DNA from: an uncultured archaeon
Lineage (GTDB): Archaea; Nanohalarchaeota; Nanosalinia; Nanosalinales; Nanosalinaceae
Assembly: GCA_964421955.1 (NCBI GenBank)
Contig: CAYQYU010000003.1
Span: forward strand, 12,377-76,376
Length of the DNA stretch: 64,000 nucleotides
Direction of reading: 5' to 3'
Part shown: positions 49,570 through 58,533 of the stretch, one piece after another
Layout of the letters: the number at the start of each line of letters is the position of its first letter
How positions within the stretch are numbered: the stretch's first letter is position 1
Made by a program: the position numbers and the translations under genes
The notes under the pieces: model-generated
Database searches by the model: none
The model's input: the letters and a program-made list of their open reading frames with translations, nothing else
Told to the model about the DNA's origin: nothing

Positions 49570-49968
49570 ATGAAACCCGTCGGCGCCAATATTACGCGAA
49601 CCCTGGACAAGGGCGCATCACTGACGTGTGCCGACAACTCAGGGGCAAAAAAGCTGGAGATCATCGGAGTCAAGGCAAGAAAAGGCCGCCGATCAAGAAG
49701 AGAATCCGCAGGAGTCGGCGATATAGTTACCGTCAAGATTCTGAAGGGAGACCAGGAAGTAAAGCACCAGGTCTTCGACGCAGTAATTGTGAGACAGACA
49801 AAAGAATACCAGCGACCCTCGGGAATGAGGATCGCCTTTGAAGACAACGCGGCAGTTCTAATTGAAGAGAACGGTCTTCCAAAGGGCTCTGTCACGAGAG
49901 GACCTATCGCAAAAGAAGTGGTTCAACGCTTCTCGCCAATTGGAAAGATCGCGTCGCAGGTAGTATGA
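49570..49968 (+). CDS. rpl14: 50S ribosomal protein L14
   Basis: CADNSGAK, FEDNAAV, GPIAKEV. Confidence 0.97.
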   Translation: MKPVGANITRTLDKGASLTCADNSGAKKLEIIGVKARKGRRSRRESAGVGDIVTVKILKGDQEVKHQVFDAVIVRQTKEYQRPSGMRIAFEDNAAVLIEENGLPKGSVTRGPIAKEVVQRFSPIGKIASQVV

Positions 49969-50693
49969 TTATGACACAGAAGACAGACAACTGGAGCAAG
50001 GAATGGAATTCGAGCACGAATCCATCGAAGCAGAGGAAATACAGAGAAAACGCTCCGCTTCACGTAAAAGATAAGCTTGTATCTGCGAACCTCGCCCCGG
50101 AACTCAGGGAAGAGCTCGGGACACGTTCAATTTCAATCAGGGCCGGCGACCGAGTAGAGGTTATGCGCGGCGATGAATCCGGCAGAGAAGGTATCGTCAG
50201 CAATATCGACCGGGAAAACGAGAGAGTGTACGTCAACGGTATCGAGGTCGAGAGAGTCGACGGAACCGAGATGGAGAAGGCTCTGAGGCCGTCAAACCTC
50301 CAGGTAACCGCACTGAATATTGAAGACAACAGGAGACTCGAGAAATACGATATTGAAGACGTCGAGGCGATCGGCGTTGAGGAAGAAGAGATGGAGGAGG
50401 CACTGGAAGAAGAGGAAGAAGGCGAAATGATGCAGCAGATGCAGCAGGGCGAGAGCTCTCTGGAAAAGGATGAAGAGGAGGAAGGAGAACTAGAGGCCGA
50501 AGAGGAAGAGACTGGAGAAGATACCGAAACATCTTCCGCGGACTACGAAGAAATCCTATCCGGGACCATCTCGGACGCAAAAGACGCACTTGAAGACCTG
50601 GAAAATCCGGACTGGGAAGCCGCACTAAAGGCCGAAGAATCCAACAAAAACCGCACAACATTCATCGACTGGCTCGAAAAAAGAGTTGAATAA
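49965..50693 (+). CDS. rpl24: 50S ribosomal protein L24 with an acidic linker and extra C-terminal domain
   Basis: PSKQRK..NAPLH, GDRVEVMRG, RPSNL. Confidence 0.94.
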   Translation: MIMTQKTDNWSKEWNSSTNPSKQRKYRENAPLHVKDKLVSANLAPELREELGTRSISIRAGDRVEVMRGDESGREGIVSNIDRENERVYVNGIEVERVDGTEMEKALRPSNLQVTALNIEDNRRLEKYDIEDVEAIGVEEEEMEEALEEEEEGEMMQQMQQGESSLEKDEEEEGELEAEEEETGEDTETSSADYEEILSGTISDAKDALEDLENPDWEAALKAEESNKNRTTFIDWLEKRVE

Positions 50694-50695
50694 TC

Positions 50696-51358
50696 ATGGC
50701 ATACAACAAGAGACTACCGGCACCGAAGCACTATCCGATCGAGAGGAAGAAGGGCAGCTACGTCTCAACAATTGAAGGATCCCGCAGCAGGGAGGATGCG
50801 ATCCCGGCAGTTCTTCTTCTGAGAGATGTGCTTGGATACGCGGAAAGCGACTCCGAGGCGAAAGAAATAGTTCAGAACAGAGATCTTCTCCGGAACGGAG
50901 AAGAGGTAAGAGATGTTAGACAGGGAATCGGCGTTCTTGACGTGGTGGAGATTCCGAAGGCCGAGGAGGCCTACCGGGTTCTGAGATCCGGGAGAAAGCT
51001 GAAGTTCGTGCCTGTAACCGACGCGGAAAAGATCGTCGCGAAGATCACGGGCAAGCGGTCGGAAGGCGATGAGCACGTTTACAGCCTCCATAACGGCGAG
51101 AACTACCGTACAGATGAAGACTACGGTACAGGAAATACGCTGGTGTTCAACTCCTCGGTGAAGGAAATTGAACTTGAGGAGGGCGCCGAAGTAATCGTAA
51201 TCGAAGGACGGCACGCCGGGGAGATAGCGGAGCTCAAGCAGGTAAACGACCGGGGATTGAATGCGGACACCGGCCTCGTGGAATCAGAGAGCGAGTTCGA
51301 GACCCGACTCGAAAACCTTGTAGCAGTAGAAAACATCGAACTGGGTGAAACCCAATAA
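50696..51358 (+). CDS. rps4e: 30S ribosomal protein S4e
   Basis: KRLPAP, LLLRDVLGYA, GRHAG. Confidence 0.94.
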   Translation: MAYNKRLPAPKHYPIERKKGSYVSTIEGSRSREDAIPAVLLLRDVLGYAESDSEAKEIVQNRDLLRNGEEVRDVRQGIGVLDVVEIPKAEEAYRVLRSGRKLKFVPVTDAEKIVAKITGKRSEGDEHVYSLHNGENYRTDEDYGTGNTLVFNSSVKEIELEEGAEVIVIEGRHAGEIAELKQVNDRGLNADTGLVESESEFETRLENLVAVENIELGETQ

Positions 51359-51876
51359 TGGCAGCAGAACAGGAAATGAAACAGATCCAGATATCGAAAG
51401 TAGTGGTCAATATTGGCGCAGGACAGGTCGGAGACGACGTTGAGAAAGCAGTTGACCTGCTCGAGAAGTTGACTGGAAGAGAAGCGGTGAGAACGGAGTC
51501 TGGTGAGAACTCGAAGACTTTCGGCCTAAGATCAGGATTGAATATTGGCGCAAAGGTAACTCTGAGAGGAGAAGAGGCCCGCGAGTTCCTGGAGAAAGTT
51601 CTACCCGCCGCAGATAATGAAATAGGCGAGAACGCTTTCGACGGCAACGGAAACTTTTCGTTCGGGATAGACGAGTACATCGACGTTCCGGGAGTCGACT
51701 ACGATTCAGATATCGGCATGCGCGGATTCGAGGTCGCAGTCTCGCTGGAACGTCCCGGCTACCGCGTCAAAAAACGGGACCACAAGCCATCTGAAATCGG
51801 CAAAGAACACATAGTGTCAGATGAGGAAGCCCGAGAGTTTGTAGAAGAGGAGCTAGGAGCAGAGGTGGCCGGATAG
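51358..51876 (+). CDS. rpl5: 50S ribosomal protein L5
   Basis: KVVVNIGAG, GAKVTLRG, FDGNGNFSFGI. Confidence 0.97.
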   Translation: MAAEQEMKQIQISKVVVNIGAGQVGDDVEKAVDLLEKLTGREAVRTESGENSKTFGLRSGLNIGAKVTLRGEEAREFLEKVLPAADNEIGENAFDGNGNFSFGIDEYIDVPGVDYDSDIGMRGFEVAVSLERPGYRVKKRDHKPSEIGKEHIVSDEEAREFVEEELGAEVAG

Positions 51877-52101
51877 ATGGGATACGAAGAGATACTCGAC
51901 CAGATCAGACACAAGGAAGGCGACAGGAAAGCCTTCGAGAAACACAATACTCCAAAGGAGAGAGACTACGGAAAATCCAAGAAAGAATGCCGGCGCTGCG
52001 GCAGAACCGGGAGAGGCGTTATCTCGAAGTACGGCCTCAACTACTGCCGACAGTGCTTCAGGGAAGTCGCGGAAGAACTCGGCTTCGAACAGCTCAAGTA
52101 G
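51877..52101 (+). CDS. rps14: 30S ribosomal protein S14 (Zn type)
   Basis: CRRCG...[13 protein letters not shown]. Confidence 0.95.
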   Translation: MGYEEILDQIRHKEGDRKAFEKHNTPKERDYGKSKKECRRCGRTGRGVISKYGLNYCRQCFREVAEELGFEQLK

Positions 52102-52109
52102 GTGATAGA

Positions 52110-52169
52110 ATGAGCAAAAATCAAAGATTTTCAGCACTCGCAGAAAACACAGGAGGTGTTTTCGAGTAA
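52110..52169 (+). repeat. Hairpin/mini-ORF connector element (MSKNQRFSALAENTGGVFE)
   Basis: AAAATC/GATTTT and GAAAACAC-AGGAG-GTGTTTTC; own SD AGGTGA; TAATG overlap with rps8. Confidence 0.8.
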
Positions 52170-52558
52170 TGCAGCATGATACATTAAGCGATGCACTATC
52201 CTCGATTAACAATGCCGCTCGCACAGGAAACCAGTACGCAATGATCTCGCCGACAAGCAACCTGATCAAGAACGTGCTGAGGAAACTCCAGGAGCAGGAC
52301 TACATAGGGGTCTTCGAGCTGATCGAGGACGGGAAAGGAGGACAGTTCCGCGTTGAGGTGCAGCCGGAGATCAACGAGTGCAAGCCCGTGAAGCCCAACT
52401 TCTACGTCGGCAACGACGAGTACACGAAGTGGGCAAAGAGATACCTGCCCGCGAGAAACTTTGGAAAACTCATAGTGACAACTCCGGAAGGAGTCATGAC
52501 ACACGAAGAAGCCCGCGAAAGGGGAGTTGGAGGACAGCTCCTTGGCTACGTCTACTAG
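52169..52558 (+). CDS. rps8: 30S ribosomal protein S8
   Basis: DTLSDALSSI, YLPARNFG, GVMTHEEA, GGQLLGYVY. Confidence 0.97.
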   Translation: MQHDTLSDALSSINNAARTGNQYAMISPTSNLIKNVLRKLQEQDYIGVFELIEDGKGGQFRVEVQPEINECKPVKPNFYVGNDEYTKWAKRYLPARNFGKLIVTTPEGVMTHEEARERGVGGQLLGYVY

Positions 52559-52566
52559 GTGATACA

Positions 52567-52629
52567 ATGAGCGAAAATCAAAATCAGAGATTTTCTGGTC
52601 ACGCAAAAACTCACGGAGGTGAGTTTTGA
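52567..52629 (+). repeat. Hairpin/mini-ORF connector element (MSENQNQRFSGHAKTHGGEF)
   Basis: AAAATC/GATTTT and AAAACTCAC-GGAG-GTGAGTTTT; stop abuts the rpl6 GTG. Confidence 0.8.
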
Positions 52630-53169
52630 GTGGATATCAAAACCGAGCTACCAGAAGATGTCGAAGCGGAATACGAGGACGGCGTTCTCAGGGTCGAGAA
52701 CAGCAGCCAGGAAGTGGAGAAACGGCTGGAGCACGCACAGATCCATGTCGAGGTCAGTAGCGGCGAAGTCGTTTTCTCGACCGGGAGCACGAAGAAGAAC
52801 ATCCAGAGCATAGTGAACACTTTCCGGAAACACCTAGAAAACATGCTGAAAGGTCTAGAAAGCGACCACGTTTACAGGATGAAAGGCGTGTACGCACACT
52901 TCCCGATGACAATCAAGCAGGAGGGAGACGAAATCCACCTCGAAAATTTCATGGGCGAACGAGCCGACCGGGTAATAGAAGTCATGGAAGGCGTTGACGT
53001 ATCGATCAACGGCGAAGATCTCGAGTTGAGAGGCCCGGACAAGGAGAAAGTCGCGCAGACCGCCGCAAGGATTGAGCAGGCGTGCAGGAAAGGAAACCGC
53101 GACCCAAGGACATTCCAGGACGGAGTATACATAACAGAGGTCGAAGAAGGAGGTGCCGCAAGTGAGTAA
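52630..53169 (+). CDS. rpl6: 50S ribosomal protein L6
   Basis: [23 protein letters not shown]. Confidence 0.96.
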   Translation: MDIKTELPEDVEAEYEDGVLRVENSSQEVEKRLEHAQIHVEVSSGEVVFSTGSTKKNIQSIVNTFRKHLENMLKGLESDHVYRMKGVYAHFPMTIKQEGDEIHLENFMGERADRVIEVMEGVDVSINGEDLELRGPDKEKVAQTAARIEQACRKGNRDPRTFQDGVYITEVEEGGAASE

Positions 53170-53503
53170 GAAGAATGTCAAAAGAGAAGACAGCCACAAA
53201 AAGAAGTCGTTCCCGGAATCATGGAGAAGACCAAGAGGCACCCACTCAAGGATAAGGCTTGAGAAGAAAGGCGCGCCCGCGAAACCTAAAGCGGGTTACA
53301 GGACTCAAAAAGATGTTAGAGGAAAGCATCCCTCCGGATACGACGAAGTACTGGTCCACAACACAGACGATCTTGAAGAAATCGATCCAGAGACGGAAGC
53401 GGCGAGAATTGCCGGAAAAGTAGGCGCAAGAAAGCGCGAAATCATAGTTGAAAAAGCTGAAGAACTGGACCTCAAGGTACTGAACCCTGGTGATGAACAG
53501 TGA
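53162..53503 (+). CDS. rpl32e: 50S ribosomal protein L32e
   Basis: SWRRPRG.HS, RGKHPSG, VLNP. Confidence 0.95.
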   Translation: MSKKNVKREDSHKKKSFPESWRRPRGTHSRIRLEKKGAPAKPKAGYRTQKDVRGKHPSGYDEVLVHNTDDLEEIDPETEAARIAGKVGARKREIIVEKAEELDLKVLNPGDEQ

Positions 53504-53553
53504 ATGCTGAAAGCTTTCACTTCGCAGAAGATCAAGAGGTGATCTTCGAGTGA
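53500..53553 (+). repeat. Hairpin/mini-ORF connector element (GTG start; [17 protein letters not shown])
   Basis: TGAAAGCTTTCA palindrome and GAAGATCA-AGAGG-TGATCTTC; GTGA overlaps at both ends. Confidence 0.75.
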
Positions 53554-53996
53554 GTGACGTAAAAAGCCAGAGAAGAATGGCTGCGGAAATAATGGATGTT
53601 GGCCAGAACCGGGTATGGATCGACCCCGACCAGATCGACCGTGTCGAAGAGGCGATCACACGGCAGGATATAAGGAACCTCATCGAGGGTGGCGCGATCC
53701 AGAAAAAGGACGAAAAAGGTACTTCCAGAGGTCGGGCAAGAGAAAATAGGAGACAGAAATCGAGAGGTCGGAGAAAGGGACAGGGCTCGAGAAAGGGAAA
53801 GAAGACCGCAAGAAAGAGTGGGAAAAAAGAATGGATGGAAAAAATCCGTGCGATCAGGGCCCGATTAAAGGAAATGAAGGAAGAAGATGAAATCACGAAC
53901 AAAGAATACCGGAAACTGTATGACATGGCGAAGGGCGGGTTCTTCAGGGACACAAAACACCTTGAAAACCACGTAGAAGAGAAAATGGAGGCTTAA
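53550..53996 (+). CDS. rpl19e: 50S ribosomal protein L19e
   Basis: QRRMAA, RVWIDP, GSRKGKK.AR, AKGG.F. Confidence 0.96.
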   Translation: MSDVKSQRRMAAEIMDVGQNRVWIDPDQIDRVEEAITRQDIRNLIEGGAIQKKDEKGTSRGRARENRRQKSRGRRKGQGSRKGKKTARKSGKKEWMEKIRAIRARLKEMKEEDEITNKEYRKLYDMAKGGFFRDTKHLENHVEEKMEA

Positions 53997-54005
53997 AATA
54001 ATATT

Positions 54006-54512
54006 ATGGCAGACTCATCAAACTACCAGGTGCCGTTCCGCAGGAGACAGGAACAGAAGACCGACTACGACCAGAGACTGGAACTTCTCAAATCTGGAAG
54101 TCCAAGAGTAGTCGTGAGACTCTCGAACAACCATACCCGAGTACAGATTTCGGAGTACGAACGAGAGGGCGACCAGAACACGGCGCAGACCATCTCGAAG
54201 GAACTGAAGGAATACGGATGGGACGAGCACACTGGCAACCTTCCCGCCGCATACCTGACAGGATTCCTGGCAGGAATGAAGGCGGACGTTGACGAGGCAG
54301 TTCTCGACGTGGGCCTCAGAAGCGTGAAGAAGGGTGGCAGGTTGTTCGCGGCGATACAGGGCCTGAGAGATGCAGAAGTTCACGTTCCCGCGGGAGAAGA
54401 AATGATCCCTGGGGAAGGAAGACTGAGAGGCGAGCATATCGAAGAAATGCACGGAAACGATATTACAGACACTTTCGAAAAAGTCAAGGAAAACATAGAA
54501 GGTGATTACTGA
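54006..54512 (+). CDS. rpl18: 50S ribosomal protein L18
   Basis: FRRR.E.KTDY..RL, NLPAAYLTG. Confidence 0.96.
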   Translation: MADSSNYQVPFRRRQEQKTDYDQRLELLKSGSPRVVVRLSNNHTRVQISEYEREGDQNTAQTISKELKEYGWDEHTGNLPAAYLTGFLAGMKADVDEAVLDVGLRSVKKGGRLFAAIQGLRDAEVHVPAGEEMIPGEGRLRGEHIEEMHGNDITDTFEKVKENIEGDY

Positions 54513-55183
54513 TGGCAGAACAGCAGGAAGAGGAAGAAGTCTGGGTGCCTAAGACAGAGCTCGGTAAGAGCGTTGCCAACGGAGAAGTAACCGATATTAG
54601 AGAGGCGCTCCACTCAGGAGAGAAGATAATGGAGCCGGAGATAGTTGACCACCTAGTCGACCTCAACGAGGAGGTAATCCTGATCGGCGGAACCCCCGGA
54701 AAGGGAGGCGGCAAGCGCCGCACAGTTTCTAAGAGAACTGTAAGAATGCACAAATCCGGCGGCCGGTACAAGACCAACTCCATGGTCGTGCTCGGCGACA
54801 GGAACGGAGTTGTGGGCATAGGGCAGGGAGAGGCAAACGACACCCGTGCCGCAATTGAAGATGCCGCCAGAAGCGCAAAGCTCAACCTTATCGAGGTCAG
54901 GAAAGGCTGCGGATCATGGGAGTGCGCCTGCGGAACCGACCACACGGTGCCTTTCGAGGTTGAAGGAAAGTCCGGCAGTGTAACAGTGGTTCTGAAACCT
55001 GCACCAAAAGGAATCGGGCTTGCGGCGAGCGATGACATGACCAAGCTGCTCGAACTCGCAGGATATGAAGATGTCTGGGTGGAGTCACGCGGACAGACGA
55101 GAACCCGGGAAAACCTGATCAAGGCTGCATTCAAGGCCCTTGAGAAAATCAACGAGATGAAGCACACGGAGGCCGACCACTGA
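54512..55183 (+). CDS. rps5: 30S ribosomal protein S5
   Basis: WVPKTELG, GCGSWEC, PAPKGIGL. Confidence 0.97.
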   Translation: MAEQQEEEEVWVPKTELGKSVANGEVTDIREALHSGEKIMEPEIVDHLVDLNEEVILIGGTPGKGGGKRRTVSKRTVRMHKSGGRYKTNSMVVLGDRNGVVGIGQGEANDTRAAIEDAARSAKLNLIEVRKGCGSWECACGTDHTVPFEVEGKSGSVTVVLKPAPKGIGLAASDDMTKLLELAGYEDVWVESRGQTRTRENLIKAAFKALEKINEMKHTEADH

Positions 55184-55287
55184 TGACTAAGATGAAACTC
55201 CAGAAGAGTTTCTCACAGAAGATTCCACAGAATCTTCGAATCATAGATCTCCTGGATAACCAGAAACTCGAAGGTGAGTTTCGGTGA
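55183..55287 (+). repeat. Three-hairpin mini-ORF connector element (34 codons)
   Basis: GAAACTC/GAGTTTC twice and GAAGATTC/GAATCTTC; TGATG and GTGA overlaps. Confidence 0.75.
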
Positions 55288-55631
55288 TAGCAGCTGTAAG
55301 AGTAAGAGGCAACGTCGACGCACGGGAAAAGGTGTCCCGGACGCTGAACGATCTAAAGCTCAGGAAGAAGAACCAGTGTGTCGTCTTTGAAGAAAACAAG
55401 TCTGTAGAAGGAATGATGAAGCTTGCAAAAGACTACATCGCGTACGGCGAAATAGATGATGATACTGTAGAAAAGCTGGAAGAACGCTCGGGAACAAGTA
55501 TTGAATCCGGCAGCACCGTGAAACTTTCGCCCCCGACAGGCGGATTTAAAGATACAAAGGGAAACGTCGGCCAGGGCGGAAGCCTGGGCAAACGCAGCGA
55601 CATGGACGAACTCATCAACAAAATGGTGTGA
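55284..55631 (+). CDS. rpl30: 50S ribosomal protein L30
   Basis: AAVRVRG, LSPPTGG, LINKM. Confidence 0.94.
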   Translation: MIAAVRVRGNVDAREKVSRTLNDLKLRKKNQCVVFEENKSVEGMMKLAKDYIAYGEIDDDTVEKLEERSGTSIESGSTVKLSPPTGGFKDTKGNVGQGGSLGKRSDMDELINKMV

Positions 55632-55637
55632 TAGAGA

Positions 55638-56066
55638 ATGACGAAAAGAAGGAAGAAGAAAAAGAAGTCTGGCTCGCACGGTTACGGGAGCAGCAAGAAG
55701 AACCGTGGAGCGGGAAATAGAGGCGGCCGCGGAAAGGCGGGCCAGGGAAAGAAGGGCCAGCAGAAGAAGATGACAGAAGAAGGCACCCACAAGCTGGGAG
55801 AGAAAGGATTTAATTCGAGAGCTCCCGGGCAGAACGGTATCAATCTGAGAGATATTGACCAGAGGATCGAAGAGTTTGTCGAAGATGGGGTCGCGGAAGA
55901 GGAAGGCTCCGGATACGTTTTCTACGCCTCAGAAGCAGGTTACGATAAGATCCTCGGCACAGGAAATCTGACACGAGAGATAGAAATTCACGCGGAAAGT
56001 TTCTCATCGACAGCGGAAGAAAAGATTGAAGAAGCCGAGGGAGAAGCAGTAAAAACAGAGGAATAA
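55638..56066 (+). CDS. rpl15: 50S ribosomal protein L15
   Basis: HGYG...RGAGNRGGRG.AG, KILGTG. Confidence 0.95.
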   Translation: MTKRRKKKKKSGSHGYGSSKKNRGAGNRGGRGKAGQGKKGQQKKMTEEGTHKLGEKGFNSRAPGQNGINLRDIDQRIEEFVEDGVAEEEGSGYVFYASEAGYDKILGTGNLTREIEIHAESFSSTAEEKIEEAEGEAVKTEE

Positions 56067-56069
56067 GAA

Positions 56070-57461
56070 ATGTCCTGGATTGTAAAGGCCGCAAGCTTTC
56101 TCCCAAGTGTAGAGGAACCGGAGAAAGAACAGTCTCTGAAAAAGATGCTTATTTGGACGGGCATAGCACTTCTACTCTACTTCACACTTGGAGAGATCAA
56201 CATTTACGGCGCTCACGCCGCATCGGTCGAGCAGGCTTTACAGCAGCTTGAAACATTCCAGACCCTGCTGGGAGCGCAGATCGGATCTGTAATTACACTC
56301 GGTATCGGACCCATCGTCACCGCATCAATTGTGCTCCAGATGATGGTGGGTTCTGAACTACTGCCCTGGGATACGAATACAGAGGACGGGCGCCACAAGT
56401 TCCAGAGCGCCCAGAAACTCCTGGCCTACGGACTCGCCGCGGTACAGGCACTTGGATACGTGGTATCTGGTACATTCGGAAACGTGGGAGGAGACCCCGC
56501 TCTCATACTACTGCTGACGAGCCAGATCGCCGTCGGTGGATGGATAATTATACTTCTGGACGACCTCGTGCAGAAATGGGGATTCGGATCAGGAGTCGGC
56601 CTATTCATTGCCGCGGGGGTTTCAAAGGCAATCTACATTGCCGCTATATCACCGCTCACCTCGACAGGAAGTCTCTACTGGCAGGTCAATGGAAACCCCG
56701 TCGGAGCGCTATTCCAGTTTGTCAACACCCTGCAGTTCACATCCCTGATACCAATATTATCGACCGTGATCGTCTTCGGCGTGGTAGTATACCTCCAGTC
56801 GATGCGGGTTGAGATACCGCTGACCTTCGGAAACGTCAGGGGCTTCGGGCAGAAATGGCCTCTGAAGTTCCTCTACACCAGTGTTATGCCTGTCATCCTG
56901 ATCGCCGCACTCGTCGCCAACATACAGATTGTTGGAACCGCACTGACAGGGCAGAACGGCTGTTCCCTTATCGGATGCTTCTCGAACGGCCAGCCCTCCT
57001 CGGGACTTGTACTCTGGCTGAACGCACCGACCCAGGTGGTTACCAACATAATAAGCTCCGGCCTCACCGCGGTAACGATTATGGACTTCTTCCACATGTT
57101 CTTCTACCTGTCAGTCTATACCCTGGGAGGGATAGTTTTCTCCATATTCTGGATGAAAACATCCGGGCAGGACTCGGCCGCGGTCGCGGAACAGATCTCA
57201 CAGACTGGTATGAAAGTTCCCGGATTCAGGAAGGATACAAGAGTTATCAAGAAAGTCCTGGACCGCTACATTCCTGGCCTCGCAGTACTATCCGGCTTCT
57301 TCGTCGGGTTACTTGCGGCGCTTGCAAACATGACCCGGGCGGCAGGAGGAGGAACAGGGATTCTACTGACGGTCATGATCCTGTACCGGCTCTACGAGCA
57401 GCTGGCGCAGAAACACATGGAGGAGCTCCATCCTGCGATGAAGGACTTCTTCCAGGGCTGA
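56070..57461 (+). CDS. secY: Preprotein translocase SecY
   Basis: LGIGPIVTASIVLQ, KWGFGSG..LFI, PGFR, GTGILL.V. Confidence 0.97.
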   Translation: MSWIVKAASFLPSVEEPEKEQSLKKMLIWTGIALLLYFTLGEINIYGAHAASVEQALQQLETFQTLLGAQIGSVITLGIGPIVTASIVLQMMVGSELLPWDTNTEDGRHKFQSAQKLLAYGLAAVQALGYVVSGTFGNVGGDPALILLLTSQIAVGGWIIILLDDLVQKWGFGSGVGLFIAAGVSKAIYIAAISPLTSTGSLYWQVNGNPVGALFQFVNTLQFTSLIPILSTVIVFGVVVYLQSMRVEIPLTFGNVRGFGQKWPLKFLYTSVMPVILIAALVANIQIVGTALTGQNGCSLIGCFSNGQPSSGLVLWLNAPTQVVTNIISSGLTAVTIMDFFHMFFYLSVYTLGGIVFSIFWMKTSGQDSAAVAEQISQTGMKVPGFRKDTRVIKKVLDRYIPGLAVLSGFFVGLLAALANMTRAAGGGTGILLTVMILYRLYEQLAQKHMEELHPAMKDFFQG

Positions 57462-57462
57462 C

Positions 57463-58455
57463 TTACTCCAGACTTTCTATCAAGGATTCGGCCCTCTCCC
57501 TGTATAGTTCCGCTGGCTTATCCCAGCTCTCCCTGTAGAAATTCATGTCCCAGACCAGAGGGAACAGAAGATAGAGCTGCCTTCTCTGCTCCCAACCCTC
57601 CTCCAGCTCTCCAGTCCTGCGGTAACCGCTATAGAGACTTTTACGGTAATATTTCCAGAGACTCTTATCCCGGAACTGGGTAAGCAGCATCCGTCCCTCA
57701 ACTACCGCGAGATCGAACTCGTTGTGGCCAGAGGCGCACCACTCCCAGTCAAGAATTGCCGAAAGGTTTCCGTCCTTAATCAGGATATTCTTCGCGTCCA
57801 GTTCCCGGTGAAGAAGAACATAATCATCAACGTTTCCGATAAGATCGAGATTTTTCTCAACCGCTGAAAGAATCCTGTTCTCCATGTCCTTGAAAGGATC
57901 TGAAATACCCGGCGTCCATTCCTTCATAATACCGAGAAAGAAGCTTTCCCAAGAATCCCGGGAGTCAACATCCAGAACACTCCCAGAAATTTTCAGGGGG
58001 CCTGTACACCCAAATCCTATGTCTCTATGATAGACTGCCATGTTACGGCCTATCTGCCTCATGATGTTCTTCTTCGACTCCCTAGAAAGCTTCGTAAAAT
58101 AATATCCAGCTGCATTTCCATCTGGACATTTCCCCGTCATCTTCTCCATGAAATGGTATATTAACGTCTCATCGGCCTCCAGCCTCCCTCCGGAAACTGG
58201 TTCTGGGGCAGGAATTTCTGACTCCGTATCAAGCATATCAAGAACCAGAGGTTCTGTCTCAAAGCTTTCCCGCCATCTCTCCTCAAGTTCTCCAAGACCA
58301 AAAATCTTCATTACGTATTCATGGCCTCCATCAAGTTGTACGAGGACTGTATCATGGGCGTGACCTCCTGAAAGCTCCGAAAAATCTACGACATCTCTTC
58401 CGGAAAAAGCATCCTCTACCGCTAGCCTAACTTTCTCGGACAAATTCATGTTCAC
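57463..58455 (-). CDS. Aminoglycoside phosphotransferase (APH)-like kinase
   Basis: LSGG, YVMK, MEKMTG, LLHRELDAKNIL, ILDWE. Confidence 0.8.
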   Translation of the reverse strand: MNMNLSEKVRLAVEDAFSGRDVVDFSELSGGHAHDTVLVQLDGGHEYVMKIFGLGELEERWRESFETEPLVLDMLDTESEIPAPEPVSGGRLEADETLIYHFMEKMTGKCPDGNAAGYYFTKLSRESKKNIMRQIGRNMAVYHRDIGFGCTGPLKISGSVLDVDSRDSWESFFLGIMKEWTPGISDPFKDMENRILSAVEKNLDLIGNVDDYVLLHRELDAKNILIKDGNLSAILDWEWCASGHNEFDLAVVEGRMLLTQFRDKSLWKYYRKSLYSGYRRTGELEEGWEQRRQLYLLFPLVWDMNFYRESWDKPAELYRERAESLIESLE

Positions 58456-58533
58456 AACTTATCCAGAGCTGTTAATAAGCAAAATCCGATCAACCACATT
58501 TCCTTTAAAAGGATTCCTCTGGAGAAAATTATT

